From positions 1,906 to 65,905 of IMG/VR virus record IMGVR_UViG_3300021431_000016: a stretch of DNA of 64,000 bases. The stretch is one strand, 5' to 3'. This stretch comes from a virus. Lineage: Duplodnaviria; Caudoviricetes. The notes under the pieces are model-generated. The model was not told the origin of the DNA, ran no database searches, and saw only the letters and a program-made list of their open reading frames with translations. The position numbers and the translations under genes are program-made. This document shows positions 1-10,949 of this stretch, in pieces; positions within the stretch are counted from its first letter, which is position 1, and each line of letters starts with the position of its first letter.

Positions 1-1
1 G

Positions 2-3000
2 AACGGCGGCTTAAAGGCTGGCGAAGACAAATGGATGGGTTTGAGCCAATGGCTTGAGGACAACAAGGGTAAGTCTTTGACCAAGGAAGAAGTTCAGCAG
101 TTCATTGCCGATAACGGCATTGAGATGGAAGAGACCACCTATAGCGAGGCACCTCAATCGTTTGACTCATTAAAACGTGAGTATGACCAATGGCTGCATG
201 ATGAAGGGTTCGACTACGCACAGGAGCAGCTGCGTGGGCGTTTCGGTGACGAAGCCGACATTGCCTTTGATGACCTGGGTGGAGAGTTGGTGATTGCAAA
301 CGAGGAAGCGGCTGCCGCCTTGCTTGGGAGTGACGACATAATCAATCAGACTCGCCTTGACTACACCACCGAGGGATTGGAGAACAAGCGCGAGATAGCG
401 TTTGTGGTGCCTGGCGTGGAGCCGTACCAGGAGAACGACGCGGTGCACTTCGGTCCCGAGAACGAGGGTCGTGCGGTGATGTGGGTGCGTTTTGGCGAGA
501 CGACTGACAAGGACGGCAACCGCGTGCTGGTGATTGACGAGATACAGAGCAATAGGCATCAAGATGCGAGAGAGAAGGGGTATAAGGAAAATCCCTTTGA
601 CAATCAATACAGACTTGCGAAAGAAAGATTTGAGCAATATATTAAATTTTTAGACGAAAAATATGGAGGCAAGGCAACCCCAGAAGATTTAAATCCAGAA
701 GAAAGAGCAAAAGTTTTAGAACTAAGCAGAGAAAAAGGTCGATTAAATAATGCACGCATAGCGCAGAATGAAGAGAATTGGAGAAATAAAAAAGTTCCCT
801 CTGCTCCCTTCGAGAAGAACTGGCACGAGGTGGCTATGAAGCGCATGCTTCGTCTTGCCGCGGAGGAAGGCTTCGACAAGGTGGCATGGACTACAGGCGA
901 GCAGCAGGCCGAGCGTTACGGCATCGGCGGCGTGGTGGAAAGCATCACCAAGGGCAAAACCCGCGGCGAGAACACGCTGGTGTCGGTACAGTACAAGAAC
1001 GGCAAGCATGACAGCTGGGTGGTCGCCACCGACGGCAAAGTGGTGGACGGCGGTATCACCACAGGCGAGAACCTGTCAGACCTTATCGGCAAAGAACTGT
1101 CGGAGAAAGTGATTTCGCTGGACGAGAACGGCTCTATTGAGGGTGACGGTTTGCGCATCGGTGGCGAGGGCATGAAAGGCTTCTACGACCAGATGCTGCC
1201 GAGGTTTATGGACAAGTACGGCAAACGTTGGGGTGTTAAGACTGGCACTGTAGAGCTACCTAACGTAGAAGAAGCAGGAAGAACCATGCACTCGGTAGAC
1301 GTTACTCCCGAGATGAAGGAGAGCGTAATGCAGGGTCAGCCGTTGTTCCGTCAGAAAGAGCCTATGGGCGAGCGTGGTGTAAAGAAGGTCACAGTGGTTA
1401 GCGAGCCTGAATACCGTGAAGGCACGGACTACTTCGGCAGGCCTATGACGCACAGGGTAAGACCTGGTCAATACAAGGTAGAAGGTTACGACGACATTTT
1501 CAACAGCGTTGAGGAAGTCGCAGACTTCATGCGAAAGAAAAATCCAGACTATTGTGTATACATTGATGAGGACGGCAACATCGGTTACGAGACATGGAGT
1601 AATATTCTTCCCGAGGGGATGAAGCCCAACACTTACGCAAAGATATTAGCGTCAAACGGTGGTAAGCTGAGCTCTGCCATGAGGAAGCGAATTGAGCGTT
1701 ATACACAACGCGAGATGCAACAGGCAAGGGTTCGCGCCGAGGAAATCACCAAAGAGTTAGGTCTTGATGTGGAGTTCCACGATGATCCAAGCGAGTTCAC
1801 TGGTCGCAAAGCAAAGGCAAAAGGGTGGTATGACCCAAAGACTGGTAAGATTCACATTGTGATGGGCAACCACAGCGGCGTGAGCGACGTGATGGCCACC
1901 ATGCTTCATGAGGGCGTAGCACATCACGGCTTGCGTAAACTCTTTGGAGAAGACTTCGACACATTCCTCGACAACGTTCACAACAATGTAAGTGAAGATA
2001 TTCGCACAGATATAAACGACAGGATAGAGAAGATGCGTACTGCCGACGAGAAGAACAACGTGACACGCAGCGACGATTACTACCGTCGTGCCGCCACCGA
2101 GGAATATCTTGCCGACCTTGCAGAAGATGGGCTCTATAATGGTGAGAAGAACACAGGATATGCCTCAAGGGCTTGGCAGTGGATAAAAGAGAACTTCATC
2201 AACATGCTTCGTAAAGCAGGCATCAACATTGAGTTGAGTGATGATGAACTGCGCTATATCCTGTGGAGTTCTCATAAGAATTTGCGTCGTGGTGCCGAGG
2301 CAATGGCCGAGGACGCAGTAATGCGTGAAAAGGCAGGCATCAAGGATTATGTAGAGGACGGCGAGCCTGTGAGGACTGTTGCAGAAAACAATGTGCGGTA
2401 TGGTGACGAGGAAGCTATGCGCAAGCAGCAGGAATCCAAGAATTTCAAGGATTGGTTCGGTGATTGGGAGAACGACCCAGAGCATTCAAGCAAGGTGGTT
2501 GACAAGGATGGTAGACCGTTGATTATGTCGCACAACACCAGCAACGAGTTCTACACCTTTGACCGAGAGAGAATAGGCACAGGGCAAGGACAAGCATATC
2601 TTGGCGTAGGATTCAATTTCTCACGCACAGGAAATGGCGTATACGGCAACAACGAGATGAAAGTCTATCTTGATGCCCGCAATCCACTTGAGAGCGACGG
2701 GCATAAACTGACGCGCCGTGATGTAGAGAGCGTTCTTCGCCAATTAGACGAAGGACAATCAGACACCATTGCCGCAGAGTTCGCAGGCGAGTATGCCCCT
2801 TATGGCTCTGCCGAATACAACAGGGCCTTGAGGAAAGCAGTGCAGAATCTTATGGATAATGATGACTTGGGCATAGTAGGTTCAATAAGTGTTGTCGCTG
2901 GCACGGCAAGAGCCAATGATATCATTGATGCTTTCAAGAAATTAGGTTTTGACTCAACCATTGAGAAAGACAATGACGGCAGAATTATGAATGCGGTGGT

Positions 3001-6000
3001 TTTCGACACCACCCAAATCAAGTCAGCCACCGACAACAACGGCGACTTCTCACGGGAGAATCCTGATATTCGTTTCCGTGACGGTGAGGAAGAAGCTACT
3101 CCTGCCAATGACTTGGCGGCGCGTTTGCGTGAGAGGATGCGTGAGCGCATGGAGCGTGCGAGGGCGGCGGCTGGCGGTGCGGAGCCTCCTGTAGAACCCC
3201 CTACTCCACCGGCACCTGCCACTCCAGAGCCTGCGCCCGAACTACCACCGACAGGTTATGACCGCCCAATGACTCCTATAGAGATGGCACAGGAGGCGGC
3301 GATAAAGGCAGTCGCTGACACCAAGGCCAACCTTGAGCAGCGCAACACGGCGAGACGTGAGCTTGACGCCTCGTTGAAGAATCTCCACAAGGCAATGCGT
3401 TTGCAGAAGGAATACGACAGGGCTACAGTAGAGAACGTGGTCACACTTGCAAAGATGATGGTCAAGAGTGGATTGATAGACCGCAGATACATCAGCAACC
3501 TCACCCCATTGTTCACTAAGTTGAAGGATGCGACAGGGAAGGAAGACCTCACGTCGACCGTCAACGGCATCATGGACGTGATGCTCAAGAGCCAGGAGCG
3601 CAGCATACGTAACGAGCTCGCCAAGTTGATGAAAGTCACAGGGACAAAGGTCGATGAAAACGGCGTTGTGAAGCAGGCGGGTCTTGATATTAGGGGTCAG
3701 CATACCATGCAAGAATTGTCTGAATATATGAACAAGGGCAGTAAGATTATCGACAAACGCATTGAGAGGCTTGAGGAGATGAGGAGTCGTATCCCTGAAG
3801 ATTCCACCGACAGGCTGAATGAGATTGACGATAAAATACTTGGGTGTCAGCTTGCAAAGCAATATTCGGAGATAGAAGAGACCCATGGTGTGAACATTAG
3901 CGAGGCAGAGGGCGACCTTGATTTTTTAAAGGAGAGGTATAAGTCTGGTGAAATGGGTATAAAAGAATATACCGAGCAGAAGCACGCCCTTGAGAATCTC
4001 ATTCGTAGCTACCGAATGTCGCAGGTTGATGCCTTATGGAACCAAATTAAAGCGATTCATTGGGTTATCACAGACAGCAAGGAAGATTCAAGGAATTGGA
4101 TAGAGCAGCAGAAAGAACACAAGGGAGAGATTCTTCATGATGCGTATAGTGATATGCAGGGTGTTCCATCTTACACACAGGGAGACAACACCAAAATGCA
4201 GGAGATTGCGAATAGCGCCCTGCCTAAGTTCTTCTCGTCTTCGTTGTTTACTCTACAGACAATGCTCAAGAGCCTCGGCAACAAGCATGCTCTGGGCGAA
4301 GGATACAGCTACAACCGCTTCTTCCGCGGCTGGATGGAGAACCGTGATGCGGAGATAACGGAGTATCGTGACGACATGAAAACTCTAAACGCAAAGGCTA
4401 GGGAGTTGACAGGGCACAGCTACTTCGGCATCTACAACATGATACAGAAACTTCCTAAAATGACCGTTGACTATTACGATGGTGGAGAGATGCGCCCACA
4501 TGACTTAGACCAGGGACAACTTGGTTACGCCTATATGGTCAATAAGATGGAAGACGGCGCGGCAGCGTTGCGTAATATGGGAATCACAGAGGAGAAGATG
4601 CAGGAGATAGCGAATTTCCTTGACCCGAACCTCAAGAGGTTCTATGATTGGTTGCAAGACGATTTCCTTGCAGGCAAGTGGGACGGCATGAATGAAGTTC
4701 ACAAAAGGCTGTTCGGCGCTGATATGGACCGTGTAGAGAACTACATACCATTAATACGAGACAGGGAAGCTGGCATTCAAAAGGTAGACATCTCACAAGA
4801 GGGCGAGACACCGTTGCAGTCAACTGTTGTAGGAAGCGTCATTCAGCGCGTTCACAGCAATCTTGGAGTCGACCTTAAGCACAGTAATGCTATTGATGTA
4901 GTGGCAAATCACTTGTTAGAGGCGACCCATTGGAAACATTTCTCTGAGTGGAAGCGTGACTCAAACACACTGCTTAGTGACACAAAATTCCGTAACAAGG
5001 TAAAGAACAGCACTACCATTTACGGAAGTGGCAAAATCTTGTGGGAGAGACTTAATCAGGTGTTCCAGATAGCAGGCGGCGATTATAAGCCAAGCGCGAA
5101 ATCGTCAAGCATAGATAAGGCTATTGTTGATATGGCGCGCACCGTCAATACGGCGAAAGTTAGTTTACGTGTGTTTACGGCGACCAAGCAGTTGCTCTCT
5201 CTGCCTGTATTCGCAACGGAGTGTAATCCCGCCATATTGATGAAGAACCTTGCGTTCCTATTGTCGCCGAACAAGACTAGTGGAGACGCAACGCAGAACA
5301 GTTTCGTCTGGTGTATAGAGAACCTTCCTCAGTTCCGTGAGCGTTGGGTGAGCCGAATAGCAGGAGAGACTCGCCTTGAGAACGGCGATTTAGGATGGGG
5401 TTACTCACGTCAGAAAGTCCTTGAGGCGGCAGCGCGCGTCGGTCTTACGCCAAATGCGTTCATTGACGCTTGCACTGTTGCCGCTGGCGCCAAGAGCATC
5501 TACGAGAAACGTTTTGCTCAGTACAAGAAAGACGGATTCAGCGAGGAGAAGGCAGACCACAAGGCAAAGATAGATGCCGAGATTGCTTTCAACGAGAGTC
5601 AGCAGTCGAGCGAGAAAGCCTTTGTGTCGCCTATACAAGTAGACCGAACAGCAGTTGCTTTAGGCCTGTCTACTTTCCGTAATGCGTCTATGGGCTATGA
5701 ACGCAAGTTTGTAGATTCCATAAAAACATTCCGGCACCTCACTGACCATAAGGAAACGGTAGAGTTTATGAAGAAGCAATTGGTGCGTGAAGGCCTCACG
5801 GAGACACAGGCCAAGGATGCAGCAGAGCGCATGTATCGACGTGCATTATGGCGCAGCACCTTGAACTTTCTGATGTTTGGTTTCGGCGCACAGATGGCGT
5901 GGAACGTGGGTGGCAAGCTTCCATATCTTATCTTTGGTGACGACGACGAGGAGAAGAAGAAAATTGTGAACGAGGCTGCCGTACATGCAGGTATCGGTGG

Positions 6001-7300
6001 ATGGGTAGAAGGTCTGCCTACAGGCGACATGCTCAGCGAGGGAATGACGAATTGGGCTATGAACCTCATGGAAAGCGGCAATCCGTTTGGGGGGAAGAGT
6101 TTCTTTGAGTTTGACCCGGACCTGCTCACGGTGACGAGTGATGCCGTAAAGGTTACTAAATATCTTGAGGGGAAGAACCCGTTAAAGGGTGCGACTGCGT
6201 TTGTAAACCTCTTGGGGCAGATTTATACCGGCGTGAATCCAGAGACATTCACGGACGCAGGAGTAGCAATCTATGATGCTTGCAATGGCGACCCCAAGGT
6301 GGGGAATGAGGCGCTGATGTGTGTACTCCGTATCATGCAGTGCCCACAGTCACAGCTTGACCAGATGTATATCGACGAGCTGAAGATGTCGGCGCGTGAG
6401 GCGCAAAAACTCACTCCCGAAGAAGTTGCTCGCCGCTATGCGTATTACAAGGCGCACAAGGACACTCCTTACATGTGGTGGATGTATAACCAGGACAAGA
6501 AAGATGAGATAGTGAAGAAGTACGAAGGTGACTTCAACAAGAAACTCAACGAGGATGTGAAAAAGGCTGGCGGCACCCCCGAGGACTATCACGACCTGAT
6601 GGAAAGTTCTACCACCAACAAGGAACACGACAAGTACAAGAGCAAGGAGATAGACGCCCTTTCGGAGCAAGGCCCCGAAGCATTGATGAAGGCGTGGGAG
6701 AAGGAACGCAACAAAGGCGCTGCCGCCGACTACAAGTATATGAAGTCGTTGATGACGAGATACCAGAAAGACGTGTACGGCAAGGGCAAGACCCCCGACG
6801 ATGCAGACGAAGCAGAACTCTATCAAGAGACACATGGCGAGGACATTAAAGAACAGGCTCAGAAGATAGGCCGTGACCTGGGTTTCGGTGCCCAGGACTC
6901 CTACTTCCAGCTGTCGCACTACAAGGCACAGCACACGTCGGCGAAAGACCCTGTGATGAAGGAATTCAAGGGCACTGATGCGGAATTCAAATACTCCAAA
7001 GACGGCAAGTTTTACAAGATGGAGGATTATAACTATAAAGTGCCTGTCAAAGACCCAGCGAAGCGCGCGAAAGCCTTGAAGGTCATAAAAGGCCACAAAG
7101 AAGAGCTTCGGCGCAACTATCGAAACGGTTGGCGCATGGCAAAGATTAAGGCCCTGTACAAGGACATCGAAGCCGAGTCGCTGAAGAAAGAGCGCGACTA
7201 TGACAAGATGAAGGCCCATTTCGCTGAGATCATCCAGATTCTTGAAGATGAGCGCAAGGACGCTGCCGAGTGGGAGAAGAAGCACCCAGCCAAGAAATGA
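2..7300 (+). CDS. Giant polyvalent virion/ejection protein, 5'-truncated (zincin metallopeptidase, ADP-ribosyltransferase-like domain, long helical C-terminal region)
   Basis: Frame is open from base 2 (NGGLKAGEDKW precedes the ORF-track Met), so the true start is upstream of the window. HEGVAH(H) zinc motif at about 1907-1927 with downstream EEYLA. ART-like block (FKDWFG..MSHNT..GFNFS..YLDARNP..GFDS..VVFDTTQIKS..NNGDF) at about 2430-3075. Pro-rich linker at about 3170-3260. Confidence 0.8.
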   Translation, partial: NGGLKAGEDKWMGLSQWLEDNKGKSLTKEEVQQFIADNGIEMEETTYSEAPQSFDSLKREYDQWLHDEGFDYAQEQLRGRFGDEADIAFDDLGGELVIANEEAAAALLGSDDIINQTRLDYTTEGLENKREIAFVVPGVEPYQENDAVHFGPENEGRAVMWVRFGETTDKDGNRVLVIDEIQSNRHQDAREKGYKENPFDNQYRLAKERFEQYIKFLDEKYGGKATPEDLNPEERAKVLELSREKGRLNNARIAQNEENWRNKKVPSAPFEKNWHEVAMKRMLRLAAEEGFDKVAWTTGEQQAERYGIGGVVESITKGKTRGENTLVSVQYKNGKHDSWVVATDGKVVDGGITTGENLSDLIGKELSEKVISLDENGSIEGDGLRIGGEGMKGFYDQMLPRFMDKYGKRWGVKTGTVELPNVEEAGRTMHSVDVTPEMKESVMQGQPLFRQKEPMGERGVKKVTVVSEPEYREGTDYFGRPMTHRVRPGQYKVEGYDDIFNSVEEVADFMRKKNPDYCVYIDEDGNIGYETWSNILPEGMKPNTYAKILASNGGKLSSAMRKRIERYTQREMQQARVRAEEITKELGLDVEFHDDPSEFTGRKAKAKGWYDPKTGKIHIVMGNHSGVSDVMATMLHEGVAHHGLRKLFGEDFDTFLDNVHNNVSEDIRTDINDRIEKMRTADEKNNVTRSDDYYRRAATEEYLADLAEDGLYNGEKNTGYASRAWQWIKENFINMLRKAGINIELSDDELRYILWSSHKNLRRGAEAMAEDAVMREKAGIKDYVEDGEPVRTVAENNVRYGDEEAMRKQQESKNFKDWFGDWENDPEHSSKVVDKDGRPLIMSHNTSNEFYTFDRERIGTGQGQAYLGVGFNFSRTGNGVYGNNEMKVYLDARNPLESDGHKLTRRDVESVLRQLDEGQSDTIAAEFAGEYAPYGSAEYNRALRKAVQNLMDNDDLGIVGSISVVAGTARANDIIDAFKKLGFDSTIEKDNDGRIMNAVVFDTTQIKSATDNNGDFSRENPDIRFRDGEEEATPANDLAARLRERMRERMERARAAAGGAEPPVEPPTPPAPATPEPAPELPPTGYDRPMTPIEMAQEAAIKAVADTKANLEQRNTARRELDASLKNLHKAMRLQKEYDRATVENVVTLAKMMVKSGLIDRRYISNLTPLFTKLKDATGKEDLTSTVNGIMDVMLKSQERSIRNELAKLMKVTGTKVDENGVVKQAGLDIRGQHTMQELSEYMNKGSKIIDKRIERLEEMRSRIPEDSTDRLNEIDDKILGCQLAKQYSEIEETHGVNISEAEGDLDFLKERYKSGEMGIKEYTEQKHALENLIRSYRMSQVDALWNQIKAIHWVITDSKEDSRNWIEQQKEHKGEILHDAYSDMQGVPSYTQGDNTKMQEIANSALPKFFSSSLFTLQTMLKSLGNKHALGEGYSYNRFFRGWMENRDAEITEYRDDMKTLNAKARELTGHSYFGIYNMIQKLPKMTVDYYDGGEMRPHDLDQGQLGYAYMVNKMEDGAAALRNMGITEEKMQEIANFLDPNLKRFYDWLQDDFLAGKWDGMNEVHKRLFGADMDRVENYIPLIRDREAGIQKVDISQEGETPLQSTVVGSVIQRVHSNLGVDLKHSNAIDVVANHLLEATHWKHFSEWKRDSNTLLSDTKFRNKVKNSTTIYGSGKILWERLNQVFQIAGGDYKPSAKSSSIDKAIVDMARTVNTAKVSLRVFTATKQLLSLPVFATECNPAILMKNLAFLLSPNKTSGDATQNSFVWCIENLPQFRERWVSRIAGETRLENGDLGWGYSRQKVLEAAARVGLTPNAFIDACTVAAGAKSIYEKRFAQYKKDGFSEEKADHKAKIDAEIAFNESQQSSEKAFVSPIQVDRTAVALGLSTFRNASMGYERKFVDSIKTFRHLTDHKETVEFMKKQLVREGLTETQAKDAAERMYRRALWRSTLNFLMFGFGAQMAWNVGGKLPYLIFGDDDEEKKKIVNEAAVHAGIGGWVEGLPTGDMLSEGMTNWAMNLMESGNPFGGKSFFEFDPDLLTVTSDAVKVTKYLEGKNPLKGATAFVNLLGQIYTGVNPETFTDAGVAIYDACNGDPKVGNEALMCVLRIMQCPQSQLDQMYIDELKMSAREAQKLTPEEVARRYAYYKAHKDTPYMWWMYNQDKKDEIVKKYEGDFNKKLNEDVKKAGGTPEDYHDLMESSTTNKEHDKYKSKEIDALSEQGPEALMKAWEKERNKGAAADYKYMKSLMTRYQKDVYGKGKTPDDADEAELYQETHGEDIKEQAQKIGRDLGFGAQDSYFQLSHYKAQHTSAKDPVMKEFKGTDAEFKYSKDGKFYKMEDYNYKVPVKDPAKRAKALKVIKGHKEELRRNYRNGWRMAKIKALYKDIEAESLKKERDYDKMKAHFAEIIQILEDERKDAAEWEKKHPAKK

Positions 7301-7328
7301 CATATTGATTCAACTGGCGCATAGATGC

Positions 7329-7368
7329 GAGAGGGACTGTCCGTCACGGATGGCCCCTCTCTTTCTTT
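7329..7368. terminator. Hairpin between convergent genes, probable bidirectional terminator
   Basis: GAGAGGGACTGTCCG-tca-CGGATGGCCCCTCTC followed by TTTCTTT. Confidence 0.6.
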
Positions 7369-7402
7369 ACAAACTAAAATCAAATGCTTATGAGTAAAAG
7401 AA

Positions 7403-9619
7403 TCAGAATGTAGCCTCGTTCGGCCTGTACTTTTGTGTGAATCGGCTGCTTGACTTGAACTCGTCACCTGTTATTCCTCGTGGCAGAGGCATCGTCTGCG
7501 AGATGTAGAGACCTATGGCGCGTGCCATCAGGCGGTCGTCGTGGTATCCCTCTGCCGCTTCGAGAGTGCCCTTCTCGTTGCGCTGGTACACACGGTACTC
7601 CATAAGAGCCTCTTCCTCGCGCTCGGTGTAGAGCCGGTCGTCAATCATCGTTATCAGGTTGTCGATGATAAGCGCCTTGGTATGGACATTCGTCTGGAAT
7701 CCCCACATCTTGCGGCGTGTCTTCTTTATCTTGTCGGGCGTAGACTGTCGGGCGTACATGTTCTTGTAGGTGCGTCCTATCTGCTCAAGGATAAAGGCGC
7801 TGTGGTCGCCTTCGGTGTCCATATCCTTCGTCTCATAGGTGTTGGACTCCACGACAAGCAGCGCATTGTTGTAGAAGGCGGCAATCTGCGCCATCTTCCA
7901 TGCTAGCCTGTCGTGTCGGCAATGGCCGTGCCACTCTGCGACCACCACGTCGCCCTCTCCCTCGGTGCGCCACCACCTGTCAAGGACAAGGATAACGGAG
8001 TAGTCGGCACGTTCGCTCCTGCCGCCGACGTCGGTAGCGACTATGTATCGGTTGCTCGCCCGGAACGAGGTGTCGGGCATCTCCCATATTCTGAGGTTCC
8101 CCGACTTGTCGTCAACGAAGCGCAGTTTCTTCAGTGCGTTCTTGCCACTCGGTTCCTGCCCTGCCACCTCGCCGACCCATTTAGCCGGCATGCAGGATTG
8201 GCGCAGAAGCTCCACCTTGTCACGGTCGAAGACGTTCTGTCCGCTGTGAGCGAATGCCTCGTCATCATCGGAAGGGTACTCCGAAGCCATCGCGTCGTGA
8301 GAACGGTAGGTGCGCCGTTTCTCTATGTACCAATGGATAGCCTCGAGCGAGGCGCCTTTCTTCCACAGTCCGTAGAGATAGATTCCACACTCCTCACGCA
8401 CCGATTTGTAGGTAGACTGCTCACGGTTCACAAAGAGGTCGTAGGCGAACTCCTCGCGCTTCTCATCGTTCTCGAACGGCATGGAGTATAGTTCAATCTC
8501 GTACCATGGGACAAATACCGGGACACGCTTGCTACGTCCGTTCTTCGCGTCGAGCCATTCATGGTGGAACAGGTTATTCTCGCCTTTCGCCGTAGACTCC
8601 ATTACGTCCATAGTGAGAGGCACCTCAAGGATAGAAGAAGACACTGCCTGTATCACGTCCTCGGGCGTCTTGCCCTCGGTCTGCCGCCACAGGCCCACCT
8701 CGGAGAAATGTGCCAGGGCGATGTCGGCACCACGTACCGACTCAGGCGACTGCATGGAGCCGATTGAGATGACAGTGTCTCTCGCCTGCTGCTTGTTCTG
8801 CGTGATGGTTACCTCGGTGCGGGAGCCGCCGTAAGGGGTGAGCTGCAAGGCCGGGGAAGGCTCCCTTCCGAGCAGGGACGGTGGGTATTTCTTCAGCATG
8901 CGTGAATACATGGAGCGGATATTCATCGCGCTTGAGGACTGATGCGCCACGATGGCGCTGTTGAGACCTTCGCGGTGTACAAGCTGAATCCACGCCATAT
9001 ACATCTGCACAAGTGTAGAGCCGCCCCACTGTCGCGCTTTAAGGATAATCATTCGTATAGGCTTCTCGTTAAGGCGCATGTCCTCAAGTTTCTCAAGCGT
9101 CTTGCGCTGAGGCCTGTTGAGCACGAACTTCATGTCGGCGCCGAGGTTGGCGGTGCTTGCGTCCTGTTTGCGCTTGATAGTCACGAACGATGCCGCCCAG
9201 AAGCAGAAATCCTCCTTGATGCGCACCTCTATCAGTTGGCGCATGACGCGCTGTCGGTTCTCGCTGTTGTCCTCAATCTTGTTCTTCTTGAGGAACTTCT
9301 TTATCGAGCCACACTCCTCAAGAACCTTTATCAGTTTCACGTCACGGAGTTTCATGGGCAGATACCACTCGAGTTCCTTTATCTTGAACATGAAACGCTC
9401 AAGCGGCGCTCCATGTCCCGATATGGGGTCGAACGGCTCCTTGAGTACGGCGAGACGCCTCTCGTTCTCCTCAAGCATCTCTTCCACGCATTTCTTCCTT
9501 TTCTGCTTGATGAGATGCCCCATGGACTTCGACGCAGATTCTCGTTTCCTCACTTCAACGTCCTCGCGCCCCTTGGCGACAATCTCCAGCCATTGTTCTC
9601 TTGTCGGGTGTTTTCTCAT
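7403..9619 (-). CDS. terL: Terminase large subunit
   Basis: LKARQWGGST Walker A-like motif, ESTAKG coupling motif, C-terminal RNase H-like nuclease (ATDVGG, VVESN, HDDRLMA). Confidence 0.9.
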   Translation of the reverse strand: MRKHPTREQWLEIVAKGREDVEVRKRESASKSMGHLIKQKRKKCVEEMLEENERRLAVLKEPFDPISGHGAPLERFMFKIKELEWYLPMKLRDVKLIKVLEECGSIKKFLKKNKIEDNSENRQRVMRQLIEVRIKEDFCFWAASFVTIKRKQDASTANLGADMKFVLNRPQRKTLEKLEDMRLNEKPIRMIILKARQWGGSTLVQMYMAWIQLVHREGLNSAIVAHQSSSAMNIRSMYSRMLKKYPPSLLGREPSPALQLTPYGGSRTEVTITQNKQQARDTVISIGSMQSPESVRGADIALAHFSEVGLWRQTEGKTPEDVIQAVSSSILEVPLTMDVMESTAKGENNLFHHEWLDAKNGRSKRVPVFVPWYEIELYSMPFENDEKREEFAYDLFVNREQSTYKSVREECGIYLYGLWKKGASLEAIHWYIEKRRTYRSHDAMASEYPSDDDEAFAHSGQNVFDRDKVELLRQSCMPAKWVGEVAGQEPSGKNALKKLRFVDDKSGNLRIWEMPDTSFRASNRYIVATDVGGRSERADYSVILVLDRWWRTEGEGDVVVAEWHGHCRHDRLAWKMAQIAAFYNNALLVVESNTYETKDMDTEGDHSAFILEQIGRTYKNMYARQSTPDKIKKTRRKMWGFQTNVHTKALIIDNLITMIDDRLYTEREEEALMEYRVYQRNEKGTLEAAEGYHDDRLMARAIGLYISQTMPLPRGITGDEFKSSSRFTQKYRPNEATF

Positions 9620-9996
9620 CTCCTCTTTCTCTTCTTAATGGTCCTGTAGATGATGTCACGCGCCGCCGAGAGCGAGAGGAAGAAAGACGGCGCAGGGCCT
9701 TCCACCACGTCACGCACCCTGCTGTTGGAGAAATCTCCGTCGCAGAGTTCTATTATGGTGTCAATCTTCCTTATCTGCATAGTGTGCTCGTTCCCCTTGT
9801 CGCCCCACTCGCCATTGAGCCGCGCCTTGATAAAGCGCATGGCGTTCTGTGGCGTTATCCAGAAGCGTGAACACGGCGATGAGGCCGCGGAAGATATAAC
9901 ATCTCTCGCGAGCCGTCCTCCACCCAGCATAGCCAGGAAGACAGACGTCAGTTCCTCATTCCGTTGCGCGGCGAGTTCGCCGACAGATTCATCCAT
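9616..9996 (-). CDS. Hypothetical protein upstream of terL (start re-set to MDESVGE)
   Basis: Overlaps the terL start by 4 nt, basic C-terminus, minus-strand TATTTTTG promoter at 10023-10030. Confidence 0.6.
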   Translation of the reverse strand: MDESVGELAAQRNEELTSVFLAMLGGGRLARDVISSAASSPCSRFWITPQNAMRFIKARLNGEWGDKGNEHTMQIRKIDTIIELCDGDFSNSRVRDVVEGPAPSFFLSLSAARDIIYRTIKKRKRR

Positions 9997-10039
9997 AAAT
10001 TTAATCCCGCAAAATATTTTCGCAAAAATACATAATAAA

Positions 10040-10083
10040 TTCGTTGGTTGCAAGGATTTCGGGGATAAAAATCTATAAATTTG
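10040..10083 (+). promoter_or_regulatory. Late promoter, copy 1 (TTCGTTGGTTGCA-N23-TAAATTTG)
   Basis: 13-bp motif at 10040-10052, Bacteroidetes -7 element at 10076-10083; identical layout at three other loci. Confidence 0.8.
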
Positions 10084-10122
10084 CACAGAATAGAAAAAAA
10101 TTTGTACATAGAATAGATTTGT

Positions 10123-10917
10123 ATGGCAACAGAAGAAAAAGACAACAAGCCTTTAGAGGCCACTGAGGAGCAGCAGACTCCCGTCACGAGCAGCCGCCAG
10201 GCGTTCGTGGACCGCATAAAGACCCGCCATCCGGAGCTCGACGACAGCGATGAGGAAGGGTTCTATAGCGCCGTCAACGCCGACTACGATGAGGACGATG
10301 AAGGGCGTGAGGAACTAAAGCGCTACAAGGAAGACGATGAGCGCCTGCGTGACATTTTCCAGAATGACCCACGCATGGCTAACATCTTCTTGGGTATGGC
10401 ACGTGGAGAGAACGTCTTGGAGTATCTCATTGACAACTTCGGTCAGGACTTCCTTGACGCCATTAACAATCCCGAGAACGAGGAAGCGCGCCAGCGCATC
10501 GCCGAGAAACAGAAGCAGTGGGTAGAGAAGCAGGCCGCCTCACGCGACCTCGAGCGCCAGGCCAGCGAGAACCTCGACAAGGCATTAGACGCGTTTGACG
10601 CAGTGGCCGAGGAGACTGGAGCCACCGATGAGGACAAGGAAGATGCCTTCAAGAAGTTCACCGAGTTCCAGCAGCGCGCCATCGTCAATGATATTGATGA
10701 GGACATGTGGAGGCTGTTCTTTAACGGAGTGACCCATGATGCAGATGTAGAGCAGGCAGGCATTGAGGGTGAAGTGCGTGGACGCAACGCGAAGATACGC
10801 GAGCGCCTGCGTGGCGAGAGCGAGAAGAACCCAATGGATATGGGTGGCGCGACAACGCGCAATGAGGCCCCCCGCCGTGCCAGCAGCATCTTTGACCTCG
10901 CGGCAGAAGCGAAATAA
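10123..10917 (+). CDS. Probable capsid scaffolding protein
   Basis: Very acidic, helical/coiled-coil, directly upstream of the putative capsid gene. Confidence 0.6.
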   Translation: MATEEKDNKPLEATEEQQTPVTSSRQAFVDRIKTRHPELDDSDEEGFYSAVNADYDEDDEGREELKRYKEDDERLRDIFQNDPRMANIFLGMARGENVLEYLIDNFGQDFLDAINNPENEEARQRIAEKQKQWVEKQAASRDLERQASENLDKALDAFDAVAEETGATDEDKEDAFKKFTEFQQRAIVNDIDEDMWRLFFNGVTHDADVEQAGIEGEVRGRNAKIRERLRGESEKNPMDMGGATTRNEAPRRASSIFDLAAEAK

Positions 10918-10949
10918 ACTGATTATAAACTTTAAATTTGTGAATAGAA

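Noticed and set aside
570-790. AT-rich patch inside the polyvalent protein
   Set aside because: In frame and encodes a charged helical linker between conserved motifs; ordinary variable insertion
6350-7303. 317-aa hydrophobic minus-strand ORF
   Set aside because: Mirror of the Lys/Glu-rich plus-strand frame, which gives spurious Leu/Phe-rich text
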